Assembly: GCA_963976765.1 (NCBI GenBank)
Contig: CAXBME010000007.1
Coordinates: forward strand, 248,001 to 290,825
DNA from: an uncultured Planctomycetaceae bacterium
GTDB lineage: Bacteria; Planctomycetota; Planctomycetia; Planctomycetales; Planctomycetaceae
Reading direction: 5' to 3'
Length of the DNA: 42,825 nt
Made by a program: the position numbers and the translations under genes
Shown here: positions 9,656 through 19,190 of the stretch, piece by piece
Numbering within the stretch: position 1 is the first letter of the stretch
Layout: the number at the start of each line of letters is the position of its first letter
Notes under the pieces: model-generated
Told to the model about the DNA's origin: nothing
Databases searched by the model: none
The model's input: the letters and a program-made list of their open reading frames with translations, nothing else

Positions 9656-9871
9656 GCTTGACTCCGGCTGCCGCAGCAGCAGTGAGGAATGGTTCTGTTG
9701 AGTAACTTAAGCCGCAACGATTTCATTTGTGAGAGCCACTGGCTCCGCCAGTGCGATGATTACCGCACACTGCCGATTCAAATACTGGCAAAGCCAGTGG
9801 TATCCACGAAGTCGACAGGTAATGCTTCAAGCGGTGCGTCAGGACGCACTCTACGAGTCTGGACGTTGGCC

Positions 9872-11086
9872 TTACCGAAACTTGACTGACTTCAGGAAGG
9901 TTCGGACGTTAGCTTTTTCTCGGGAGACAACGTCCGGGTCGCCGACCAGTTTGAAGAACCAGCCGGTGTCGCCTTTGACGACGATCGCTCCGATGATCGA
10001 CTGCTTTTCTCCAGAAATGACGATCAGGCTGCCGGACTCGTCGCCAATCGAAATGTCTTCAACTTCGCTGGCCAGTTCCTCTTTGCTGAGACTTTTCAGA
10101 CCGGCCTGACCTCGCCAGCGGTTCACGTTCTGAGCCACGTCCGAACCGGCAGCGGCGAGCGACGAAACGTAGAACTCGGCAGTTTTCCCATCCTGATCGA
10201 TGTTCCACGAAATCTTTCGAAACGGCTTGAGACTGCCGGAAACCCAGCCGTCCGGAACGTCAAAACTCATTTCTGGAATCGATGTCGGCGAACCTTTGCC
10301 AGCGACATTCGGCGTTGACGCTTCGCCACCGGTTGGTGGATGCCCTGGCGGCAGCGTCGGACCAGCGGCGGACGAATTGCCCGGTCCTGCTGGTCGCCCC
10401 GCTGTCGATGTTCCGCTGCCTGGCGGCGCGGGAACCTTCCCCGACAGATTTACCCAGGTGATGGTCGTTCCGTCTTCCAGGTCGAACTGGTGGAAGTCGT
10501 CGCCAGCTTTCATCTCTTCAAGAGTTTGAGATGCGAGCCCTAACTGGCCTCGCCAGCGATTTACGTTCGGCAGGATGTATTCGTCAGAGGCCGGGGCGTC
10601 GTTTGGCAGCGCGATGACTGAGCACTCGACATCGTCTGCCGGATCCCCAATTACGAACGTTGCGGCCCGCATACCAGAGCCCCCCTGCTCGGTCCACCCG
10701 TCGGGTGTCTTCCAGACGGGCTTGCCATCCGCAATCTTCAACGACTTCAGCAGCGATTCAAATTTTTCGACCTGACCGACAACATCCGCTTCGATACCGG
10801 AAATCTTGAAGAACCACCCCTGGCCGCCAGCCGGGACGATGGCCGCCAGCATGCGGCCATCGACTTTTTCAGACGGCGTTGAAGAGGCGGGTCGATCAGA
10901 CGCTGACGGAACATCCGGAACGTCGCTCGATGCCGTCGACGGTTTCGGGACGAGCCGTCTGGTGATCTCGGGCTCTTCCGTGCAGCCAGCGACGAAAACC
11001 AGCACGATCGCCGCAGCGACGAACGAACTGGCGAAAGCTGGCGACGTGGCCGGTTTTGAGAACGATGTGTCCCGGCGTAAAGCCAT
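9872..11086 (-). CDS. Uncharacterised lipoprotein with two internal repeats, upstream of ccsBA
   Basis: Hydrophobic stretch ending in the lipobox VAGC. Motifs NVNRWRGQxGL, PDGW and GWFFK each occur twice. Pro/Gly linker contains LPPGHPP. Confidence 0.8.
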   Translation of the reverse strand: MALRRDTSFSKPATSPAFASSFVAAAIVLVFVAGCTEEPEITRRLVPKPSTASSDVPDVPSASDRPASSTPSEKVDGRMLAAIVPAGGQGWFFKISGIEADVVGQVEKFESLLKSLKIADGKPVWKTPDGWTEQGGSGMRAATFVIGDPADDVECSVIALPNDAPASDEYILPNVNRWRGQLGLASQTLEEMKAGDDFHQFDLEDGTTITWVNLSGKVPAPPGSGTSTAGRPAGPGNSSAAGPTLPPGHPPTGGEASTPNVAGKGSPTSIPEMSFDVPDGWVSGSLKPFRKISWNIDQDGKTAEFYVSSLAAAGSDVAQNVNRWRGQAGLKSLSKEELASEVEDISIGDESGSLIVISGEKQSIIGAIVVKGDTGWFFKLVGDPDVVSREKANVRTFLKSVKFR

Positions 11087-11340
11087 GGTGGGATCGCTTT
11101 CGAAAAGTCGCTCGCGAGCTGAGGGGCAGGAGACGGTGTTCGACGGCCTGAGGTCGGAACGCTGCCGCTGGGATCAGCGATTGAGCGATGGGAATGTGAA
11201 ATCAGCGAGGCAGGGTGAATCGGGCGGGGCTTTGGATCGTCGGCAGCGGGCAGCATTACTTTTGAGTCAGGCTCTGGCGGATGACTCAACTCCTGACACG
11301 ACAGTAGTTTCTGGCGAATCGGCCTGCGGCGGTAAACGGA

Positions 11341-11356
11341 CCACTATATCTAGTGA
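11341..11356. promoter_or_regulatory. Palindromic operator-like site resembling an NrdR box
   Basis: CCACTATATCTAGTGA (CACTA-N4-TAGTG) is an AT-rich site in a GC-rich divergent intergenic region. It matches the core of the NrdR consensus acaCwAtATaTwGtgt. Only one copy is present. Confidence 0.35.
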
Positions 11357-11697
11357 GCTGGCCGGCGAAAAGCACATGACGATTTCGACGATTTCTGTAA
11401 TTCTGTGGAAATTCCGTCGCCGAACGATCTCGCCGGCTGCAACTTTTCTGCCGGTTGCAGGTTTCAGGCTGGCGTTTGCGGTGCTCCGGTTCTGCGGCTA
11501 TTGCGGTTCGGGCAAACCACGTCGACGTGAATGCTGGCAGAAACCCTTCGGATTCATCTGGCCCATCGCGTGCCTGTTGTATGTTTGCCGGTTCGAACCT
11601 CGCTGGTTCCGGGCTGAGTTGGCGTATTCGCCGTCGGGCCAGTTCCAGCGGCGGCGTCTGTTATCCACCTCTGAGTCGACAGTCCAGGGCTCCCGAC

Positions 11698-12156
11698 ATG
11701 TCCCGATCCGATGCACTGCTTCGCCTTCATGAGCGTCTTGCCGCTCGCTGTGTCGAGCTTCGAAAAAAGCTATCGCTCGAAGATTCCCGCGATGAGGCGT
11801 CCGAGACATCGAGGATCAACGTTGGTGATCTGTGTGACGTCGCCAATGAGGGGGCCGTCAACGAGCTGAATTCTCAGCTGGCATCTATCGAGAACCGCGA
11901 GCTGTACCTGATTCAGCGGGCGATTGTGATGATCCGCGACGGACGATACGGCACGTGCGAGGGGTGCGACGGACCGATCCCTGTCGCCCGTTTGAAGGCG
12001 TTGCCTTACTCGGTGATGTGTGTTGAGTGCCAGCGGTCTCAGGAAGAGCTTGGCTCGGGCGAGGCAGAAGAAGTCGACTGGGACAAAGCCTGCGACTACG
12101 AAAACCGCCTGAGCGAACAGGAATTTACTTTTGACGACCTGAAGTTTGACCGCTGA
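11698..12156 (+). CDS. dksA: DksA/TraR family C4-type zinc finger protein
   Basis: Start reassigned to the ATG at 11698 (MSRSDALLRL). Coiled coil with DxxDxA (DLCDVA), then GRYGTCEGC...IPVARLKALP...CVECQ. Confidence 0.85.
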   Translation: MSRSDALLRLHERLAARCVELRKKLSLEDSRDEASETSRINVGDLCDVANEGAVNELNSQLASIENRELYLIQRAIVMIRDGRYGTCEGCDGPIPVARLKALPYSVMCVECQRSQEELGSGEAEEVDWDKACDYENRLSEQEFTFDDLKFDR

Positions 12157-12253
12157 CCAGAGAGTTCTGCTGAGCAGAGTTTTCGCACGGCCAGCGATCG
12201 CCAACTCACCTGACTGATTGATAATCGGGCCTGTTTATAAACGGAGCTGCAGG

Positions 12254-13396
12254 ATGAAAACGACTCGCTCGACGCTGTTGTGCTGCTGTGGCATCGCTCT
12301 GGGATTTGGTTTCGGAGCGGGCCTCAACTTTCACGGACCGGTCACGACGGTTCAGGCGGAATCTCTGACTTCTGGCGAGTCCGAAAAAATCTATCGTGAA
12401 CTCGATGTTGGCGGATCGTCGCTCACCGACACCAGTCAAGTGCTGTCAAAGATCGCTCGCGTTGTGATGCCCAGCGTTGTCCACATCAACAGCTTCCGCA
12501 AAGTGGCGGGGCGAGGTCGAGTTGAAGAAACCGGCTCCGGCGTCGTCATGACCAGTTCTAAACGCCCCGGTAAATACATCGTTACGAACCGGCATGTCAT
12601 CAACGATGCACTCCCGAATCTTGACTCGATCGCGATTCACCTTCCCGACGGTCGGGTTATCAATCCGCGTAAAGTCTGGAACGACCCGTACAGCGATATC
12701 GCCGTGATGGAAGTCGAAGCGAGCAATCTGGAACCGCTCCGCTGGGGCGATTCGGACCACCTCAACATTGGCAACATCGTACTGGCCTGCGGCAGCCCGT
12801 TCGGGCTCAGTCAATCCGTCACGATGGGCATCGTCAGTGCTCGCGGACGAAGTTCGCTGGGTATTGGAAATCGAAATGGCGTGCTCAATCAGGATTTCAT
12901 TCAGACCGACGCCGCCATCAACCCCGGCAACAGCGGTGGCCCGCTGATTGATCTGCAGGGCAAACTGATCGGTATCAACACGGCCATTGCGTCGACTCAC
13001 GGCGGTAACGAAGGCATCGGATTCAGTATTCCGAGTAACCTGGTCCGACGAGTCGTCAACCACCTGCTGGAATACGGAGCCGTTCGTCGAGCTTACCTTG
13101 GCGTCAAACTGGATGATAACTTTGACTACGAAGCAGCGGAGAAACTTCTTCTCTATCGAGTCCGCGGCGCCAGAATTCTGGAAGTCTACCCGAACACTCC
13201 GGCAGCCCAGGCTGACCTCCGGTACAACGACATCATCCTCGAATTCAACGGCAGGGAGATTCTGGATGAGAGCCACCTGATCAATCAGGTCAGTCTTTCG
13301 GACACCGGCGGCAAAGCTGAAGTTGTCGTCTGGCGAGGCGGTCGTGAGGTCACGATCCAGGTCGACTTGACTGACCGACCGGTTAACGAAAGTTAG
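12254..13396 (+). CDS. HtrA/DegP-like S1C serine protease with one PDZ domain
   Basis: ATG at 12254 preceded by GGAG. GSGVV, TNRH, SDIAV and IQTDAAINPGNSGGPL give the catalytic triad context. PDZ domain (AYLGVKL...NTPAAQADL). Confidence 0.9.
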   Translation: MKTTRSTLLCCCGIALGFGFGAGLNFHGPVTTVQAESLTSGESEKIYRELDVGGSSLTDTSQVLSKIARVVMPSVVHINSFRKVAGRGRVEETGSGVVMTSSKRPGKYIVTNRHVINDALPNLDSIAIHLPDGRVINPRKVWNDPYSDIAVMEVEASNLEPLRWGDSDHLNIGNIVLACGSPFGLSQSVTMGIVSARGRSSLGIGNRNGVLNQDFIQTDAAINPGNSGGPLIDLQGKLIGINTAIASTHGGNEGIGFSIPSNLVRRVVNHLLEYGAVRRAYLGVKLDDNFDYEAAEKLLLYRVRGARILEVYPNTPAAQADLRYNDIILEFNGREILDESHLINQVSLSDTGGKAEVVVWRGGREVTIQVDLTDRPVNES

Positions 13397-13520
13397 AGCT
13401 GTACGGCGTTCGCTGTTGAACCATGAGTAGCGACTGTCCGAGCCAGTGGCGTACCTTTTCAGAGGGTTGATAGACTTTGCGTTTTGCAGAGTTCAACTTT
13501 CGTCGAGGTATCAGGACGTC

Positions 13521-14741
13521 ATGCTGACCGTTACTCAGGCTCTGAATAAGATTGTGCACGAGGTTGTCGCGTTTGCGCCGGAGCAGGTTGCGCTGAGCGA
13601 AGCCCTGGGCTTGATCACGGCTGAGGATGTCATCAGCCGGGAAAACTCGCCGCCGTTCGACAAGTCGCTGATGGATGGTTACGCCGTTCTGAGTTCTGAC
13701 ATTTCCGGCGGCAGGCAGGAGCTGACGGTTGTGGATGAAGTCACTGCCGGGCGAACGCCGTCGTGCGACATTGTCTCCGGACAGGCGACTCGGATCATGA
13801 CCGGCGCGCCGACTCCGAAGAGTGCCGACGCCGTCGTGCCGGTCGAGATGACCGAGCTGATCGATGGAGAACCGATTCGCGTCAGAATTCAAATCGACGA
13901 GATCGCTCCTGAAAAAAACATTATCCGGCTGGGAACCAACAAACGGGTCGGCGAGCAAATTCTGTCGAGCGGTCGCCGGCTGCGAGCACAGGAACTGGCC
14001 GCTCTGGCGGAACTCGGTGTCGCGAAGGTGTCTGTCCGACGAAAACCGTCAGTCGCCGTGCTGGCGACCGGCGACGAACTGGTCACAACAGATCAAACGC
14101 CCGGACCGGGACAGATCCGAAATTCGAATGAGACCATGCTGTGCGGTCAGGTCTGCAACGCCGGTGGAGTTGCCGTCCCACTCGGAATCGCACGGGACAA
14201 CCGCGACGACCTGCGGCGGCACATTGAAGAAGGACTGAACGCCGACATTCTATTGCTTTCCGGCGGCGTTTCGGCGGGGAAACTGGATCTGGTCCCCAGC
14301 GAACTTGAGCGATCCGGAGTCGAGCAGGTCTTCCACAAAGTCCGCGTCAAACCTGGGAAACCCGTCTGGTTCGGAGTGCTCCGTCGTGGCAGCAACTCGT
14401 GTCTGGTATTCGGGTTGCCGGGAAATCCGGTCAGCAGTATGGTCTGTTTTGAACTGTTCGTGAGGACGGCAATTCGTCGCCTGACCGGCCAGTTTCCGGC
14501 GGTCCCACAATCGCTCACGGCACGGCTGGCGCATTCGCACTCCCATATGGATGATCGGGAGACGTACTTTCCGGCGGCGGTCGAGTGGATGGTGGACGGC
14601 CCGACGGTGCGATTGATGAACTGGCAAGGCTCCTCCGATCTCCAGTCGACGGTTGATGCCGACGCGATGGTCGTCTTCCCGCCGGAACCAAAAGAGTACG
14701 CGGAGAACGATCGAGTCGAAGTCGTCCTTTGGGATGCTTAA
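13521..14741 (+). CDS. moeA: Molybdopterin molybdotransferase MoeA (gephyrin-like), paralogue 1
   Basis: ATG at 13521. PPFDKSLMDGYAV, RIMTGAP, TGDEL, SGGVSAG, KPGKP and FGLPGNPVSS. Confidence 0.92.
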   Translation: MLTVTQALNKIVHEVVAFAPEQVALSEALGLITAEDVISRENSPPFDKSLMDGYAVLSSDISGGRQELTVVDEVTAGRTPSCDIVSGQATRIMTGAPTPKSADAVVPVEMTELIDGEPIRVRIQIDEIAPEKNIIRLGTNKRVGEQILSSGRRLRAQELAALAELGVAKVSVRRKPSVAVLATGDELVTTDQTPGPGQIRNSNETMLCGQVCNAGGVAVPLGIARDNRDDLRRHIEEGLNADILLLSGGVSAGKLDLVPSELERSGVEQVFHKVRVKPGKPVWFGVLRRGSNSCLVFGLPGNPVSSMVCFELFVRTAIRRLTGQFPAVPQSLTARLAHSHSHMDDRETYFPAAVEWMVDGPTVRLMNWQGSSDLQSTVDADAMVVFPPEPKEYAENDRVEVVLWDA

Positions 14742-14951
14742 TCTGCATTGATTGGCGTTGATTTTTAATCGCAGAAAACGCAGAGGAAAGAAACGCCGAG
14801 AACGGTGAGAATAAGCTGGGGCTTGATCCAGCAATTGAGTATTGAATAAAGCTGGGGCGAGACCCTGCCTGACTGACTGCGATTTCATTTTTCTAATTGC
14901 TGAACGAGTCAAACAACTGACACTCCGACTCGTTTTTCCCACGCTCCATGG

Positions 14952-16892
14952 ATGGATGCAATGGCCACGCAAATCCTGCCACAGACCTCGCCGACCGGAC
15001 AGTCCTCAACGATGAATCCCGAGTCTGCGAAACGGCATGAGCCAACGGTTCGAGAGATCATCGAAGCCGCTCGGTCCGCACCGGCTCCATTCCGAGGAGC
15101 GATTGCCTGCACGCTGACAACCGCCGTGCTGCTGTGGAGTAGTTTCACGCCGCTCGATTGGGGCTGGCTCGGCTGGATCGCTCTGTCGCCGATGCTGATG
15201 CTCGTCCGGCTCGAACGCCCCACGCGATTTATGTACCCGGTACTTTATGCTTCAGGCCTGGTCTGGTCGCTGGCAACTTTGCAATGGATGCGGCTTGGCG
15301 ACCCGGCGATGTACATCGCCTGGGGGGCGTTGTCGGTTTATGTGGCGATGTACTTTCCCATTTGCATCGCGATTTCGCGAGGAGCTGTGCATCGACTTGG
15401 CCTGCCGATGCTGGTCGCCGTGCCCGTCGTCTGGACGGGACTCGAATATCTGCGAGCCACGCTGATGACCGGCTTTGCCTGGTACTTCATCGGCCACACC
15501 CAGTACGCATGGCCGGAAATGATTCAAATCAGCGACCTGGTCGGGGCGTACGGAGTCAGTTTTGTCGTCATTCTGGTCGCGACGTGCGTCGCTGGGCTGG
15601 TGCCACTGGGCTGGCTCGAACGTCTGAAACTGTTTCCGCCTGTTGAGGTGCCGACCGACTTTGCTCACCTGCCCGCTGACGAAATCGTCGTTCAGAATTC
15701 AAGCCGCGCCGAGTTCTGTCGTCCCTGGTTGAACGTCGGAATCACGCTGGCTGTGGTCGTTGCGGCGTTCGGCTATGGAGTCGTTCGACGCGGCCAGGCT
15801 GACTTCAAACCAGGCCCGCGTGTTGCGCTGATTCAGGGGAATTTCCCTGTCCGACTGAAACATTCAGAAGACGAGTACGCAACGATCTTCCGCTATCACG
15901 ACGCACTGACCGGCATGGCGGTACAGCATCAGCCAGACCTGATCGTCTGGCCGGAAACCATGTTTCGCTGGCCGCTGAAGATTGTTGAATCCGGCGTCCA
16001 GGAAACGCAGTTGCGGGCGATGGCGCCACCCATCGACCTGACAGAACAGAATCGCTGGATTGATGACTGGAAAGATTCGACCGTTCGAGCAACGTTACGG
16101 GAAATGAGCGAACGAGCCAATGCGGCGATGATGATCGGAATTGACACCTGGGTTGCCGGGCAGGATCAGATCAGAAGATTCAACTCAGCCGTCATGGTCA
16201 CTCCTGACGGCGGTGTCGGAGATCGCTACGACAAAATGCACCGCGTGCTTTACGGCGAATACACACCTCTCAAAGAGGAGTTGCCGTTCCTGGCATCGTT
16301 GAGCCCACTTGGCGATAGCGGGGGGCTTTCAAAGGGTGAGTCTGGCAAAGTCTTCAAGTACGGCAACTGGAATTTCTCGCCGATCATCTGTTTCGAAGAC
16401 ACTGTCCCGCACCTGGTTCGCGACATCGCCAGAGGAGCTGAAGCATCCGACCAGAAAGTCGACGTCTTTGTGAATCAAACCAACGACGGCTGGTTTGTTT
16501 ACCTGGATGAAGGTGGCTCGTCCGAAGGTTCCAGCGAGCTGAATCAGCACCTCATTACGGCCTCGTTCCGCGCCGTGGAAACTCGTACGCCTCTTGTTCG
16601 CGCCGTCAATACCGGCATCTCGGCGGTGATCGATGGCGACGGCGTGTTGATTGAACCGAACGTCTTTATCAATGGCGACGCGGAAACTCGTGAAGAATCC
16701 ATCTCGACCATGCGTGACCCGGCGACGGGCAAACTTCGCAAATCGCTTAACGCGGCAGTCATCGCTGACGTGCCGCTTGATTCTCGCAGCAGCTTCTATG
16801 TCGCGCATGGCGACTGGTTTGCGCAGGGCTGCTGCGTCGGGGCGTTGTTCTTCAGTTTCGTCTGCCCGTTTCGCCGACGTCGGCAGGCCTGA
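14952..16892 (+). CDS. lnt: Apolipoprotein N-acyltransferase
   Basis: N-terminal transmembrane helices, IQGN, VWPET (E), YDKMH (K), ICFED (C), TNDGWF and RAVETRTPLVRAVNTGIS. The start could also be at 14961 or 15012. Confidence 0.9.
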   Translation: MDAMATQILPQTSPTGQSSTMNPESAKRHEPTVREIIEAARSAPAPFRGAIACTLTTAVLLWSSFTPLDWGWLGWIALSPMLMLVRLERPTRFMYPVLYASGLVWSLATLQWMRLGDPAMYIAWGALSVYVAMYFPICIAISRGAVHRLGLPMLVAVPVVWTGLEYLRATLMTGFAWYFIGHTQYAWPEMIQISDLVGAYGVSFVVILVATCVAGLVPLGWLERLKLFPPVEVPTDFAHLPADEIVVQNSSRAEFCRPWLNVGITLAVVVAAFGYGVVRRGQADFKPGPRVALIQGNFPVRLKHSEDEYATIFRYHDALTGMAVQHQPDLIVWPETMFRWPLKIVESGVQETQLRAMAPPIDLTEQNRWIDDWKDSTVRATLREMSERANAAMMIGIDTWVAGQDQIRRFNSAVMVTPDGGVGDRYDKMHRVLYGEYTPLKEELPFLASLSPLGDSGGLSKGESGKVFKYGNWNFSPIICFEDTVPHLVRDIARGAEASDQKVDVFVNQTNDGWFVYLDEGGSSEGSSELNQHLITASFRAVETRTPLVRAVNTGISAVIDGDGVLIEPNVFINGDAETREESISTMRDPATGKLRKSLNAAVIADVPLDSRSSFYVAHGDWFAQGCCVGALFFSFVCPFRRRRQA

Positions 16893-17224
16893 GGTCCTCA
16901 GCGTCAGCAGGACACCGCCCCGGTGATCGCCGGACGCGGCTCGAAATCGCTGGCTGTGCCGCGTAGAGAATCCGCAAAGACGGAACTCCGCTGCCCGCCG
17001 CGTTGCCGAAAACGTGTCGAGATCTCAAAAGTCCTCGGACCGAGGTCTTTCTGTAAGGCACATACCTCCTACACAGTTTGAGGGGAATGCCGCACGAGCC
17101 GGAAGAACCGGCCTCAGGCGAGAACAACCTTGTCGTTTTCGGGCCGCGCGACAACACCGGGTTCTTGACTGGCAACTAAGATTGACCAACACCGACGCGC
17201 TGAATCATTGGGGGATGAATTAAG

Positions 17225-17494
17225 ATGGTTGCACTGGTACACCAGCTGAAACAACAGACGGACCACGGGATTCTGGATGAGATCCAGAAGGCTCACTGCT
17301 ACTCACTGTTTGTCGAGCATCGAGGACGATGGATTCTCGGCAGCAGGAGTGCTTCGAAACGCGAAGCTCGTGAATCAGCGATCCTTGCGTTCAAACGATC
17401 GCGTCTGCCTGTCGAAATCCGTCTGGACGATGGCACTGTCGTCTTCGGTCTGCGGGCCGGCTATCCGGACGTGGTTAACGACCTGACCGAATAG
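17225..17494 (+). CDS. Small hypothetical protein (89 aa)
   Basis: ATG preceded by GGGGA. It fills an otherwise empty intergenic gap and is followed by a strong terminator. No recognised domain. Confidence 0.55.
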   Translation: MVALVHQLKQQTDHGILDEIQKAHCYSLFVEHRGRWILGSRSASKREARESAILAFKRSRLPVEIRLDDGTVVFGLRAGYPDVVNDLTE

Positions 17495-17526
17495 TTCTGA
17501 CATTAGCCGACGCTGAAAACTGGAAG

Positions 17527-17565
17527 AGCCTGCTCGATTTGCCTGTCTATCGAGCAGGCTTTTTT
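17527..17565 (+). terminator. Rho-independent terminator
   Basis: Perfect 12-bp stem AGCCTGCTCGAT (17527-17538) / ATCGAGCAGGCT (17549-17560) followed by TTTTT. Confidence 0.8.
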
Positions 17566-17736
17566 CGCGCGCCGTGGCGGTTTCAGACAGGTCAGGCTCC
17601 AACTGACAAAGTCTGAATCCGACGATCGCGATCATCCATCCAGGCCGCTGCTCACTCCTTCGATATTGCTGGATCAGCTACAGTCTCGCTTCGAATTATT
17701 GAGGCCCCAAGCGACCATCGACTGGAGAATCCGGAA

Positions 17737-18999
17737 ATGACAGGTTCACTCAAATTTCTTTGTGGCATGGCACTTGTTCTGGCTGTTGGTGACTTCGCCA
17801 ATGCTGAAGACTGGACGCGTTTTCGTGGTCCGAATGGTCAGGGGATTTCCAGCGAAACCAATCTGCCGGTCACCTGGTCAGCTGATGACAACATCGTCTG
17901 GAAGACGAGCATTCCAGGCAAAGGGTGGTCATCGCCGATCGTTTACAGGGATCAGATTTTTCTGACGACAGCCACAGAGGAAGGCGTTTCCTGCCGAATC
18001 ATTGGCGTTGACCGGAAGTCCGGAAAGATTGCCTGGAACACCGAAGTGCATCGTCAGATGACCGGCCCGATGCGACGGCAGAATTCGTTTGCAACGCCGA
18101 CTCCGGTGACAGACGGCAAACGCGTTTACGCCGTCTTTTATGACGGCACTGTGTGCGCCGTTGATCTTTCCGGCAAGCCAGTGTGGAAGAGTCAGGAAAT
18201 GAAGTTCTTCAGCCTGCATGGTCTCGGTGCGTCTCCGGTGCTGGCCGACGGGCAACTGATCATGCCGTTTGACGGGAGCAGCCAGGAGGAAAGCAAACTG
18301 GGCTGGAAGATTCCCTGGAAAGAGGCCGTCATCCTGTCTTTGGATGCCGAAACCGGCTCCGTCCGATGGAAGGGTAAACGTGGTGAATCCCGTGTCGGGC
18401 ATGTCACTCCGATTCTGGTCGAAGATGGAACGCAAGTCGTCACCGCGGGCGGCGATCGCGTTCAGGGGTTTGACGTGCGGACTGGAAAGAGAATCTGGTC
18501 GATCTACAGCCAGGGCGAAGGGGTGACTCCATCGCCGGTTGTCGGCGGCGGGCTGATCTTCACGTCGTCCGGTTTCGAAGCTCCGACGACCCGCGCGATT
18601 CGACTTGGAGGGAATGGTGAGATCACCAACTCACACATTGCCTGGGAACAGACAAAAGGTGTGTCAGCACTCGCGTCGCTGCTTTACGTCGCCCCGCACG
18701 TTTACTCGATCACGCGGGACAACATCCTGCATTGCCTCGACGCGTCGACAGGCGAGATCGTCTGGATGAAACGTCTGGAAGGCGTACATTCGGCGTCTCC
18801 AGTTTTCGCCGATGGAAAGATTTATGTTCTATCGGAAGAGGGTGTAACGCTGGTTTTGCGTCCGGGCGACAAGTACAGCGAAATCGCCAGCAACAAGCTC
18901 AACGAAACCTGCCTGGCTTCAATGGCTGTTTCAAGCGGGCACTTCTACATCCGTTCCGCCGAGCATCTCTTCAGCATCGGCCCGGCGTCCGACGAGTAG
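17737..18999 (+). CDS. PQQ-binding-like beta-propeller repeat protein (BamB-like planctomycete family)
   Basis: Signal peptide, EDWTRFRGPNGQG, GWSSPIV, ATPTPVTDG, and repeated xLDAxTGxxxW blades. GGAG upstream. Confidence 0.88.
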   Translation: MTGSLKFLCGMALVLAVGDFANAEDWTRFRGPNGQGISSETNLPVTWSADDNIVWKTSIPGKGWSSPIVYRDQIFLTTATEEGVSCRIIGVDRKSGKIAWNTEVHRQMTGPMRRQNSFATPTPVTDGKRVYAVFYDGTVCAVDLSGKPVWKSQEMKFFSLHGLGASPVLADGQLIMPFDGSSQEESKLGWKIPWKEAVILSLDAETGSVRWKGKRGESRVGHVTPILVEDGTQVVTAGGDRVQGFDVRTGKRIWSIYSQGEGVTPSPVVGGGLIFTSSGFEAPTTRAIRLGGNGEITNSHIAWEQTKGVSALASLLYVAPHVYSITRDNILHCLDASTGEIVWMKRLEGVHSASPVFADGKIYVLSEEGVTLVLRPGDKYSEIASNKLNETCLASMAVSSGHFYIRSAEHLFSIGPASDE

Positions 19000-19190
19000 T
19001 GTCGGGACATCTTTCCAAAACGGCAAAGTCGCAATCAGAAACGAAATCGCTCAAAGACGCGAAGACAAAAAGTCGCGCCGCCGAGTCTTTGCGCCGCTAC
19101 GTGGGATTCGAAAGTGCAGAAGCGGCGGAGTTTTCTCAGAGGAACAGGGAAACTCAACGGTGAGCTCTGCGTGACTGGTCTCTTAGTCGT

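Noticed and set aside
10806..11732. 308-aa plus-strand ORF, and the 81-codon N-terminal extension of the DksA ORF (11455-11697)
   Set aside because: Low-complexity Ser/Arg/Gly-rich translations with no motifs. The first is partly antisense to the lipoprotein gene. DksA similarity begins at the ATG at 11698.
19010..19110. GGCAAA...GACGCGAAG segment superficially resembling a c-di-GMP-I riboswitch
   Set aside because: It lies between convergent gene ends and lacks the P2 stem with a GAAA tetraloop. It is better explained by the intergenic repeat family.
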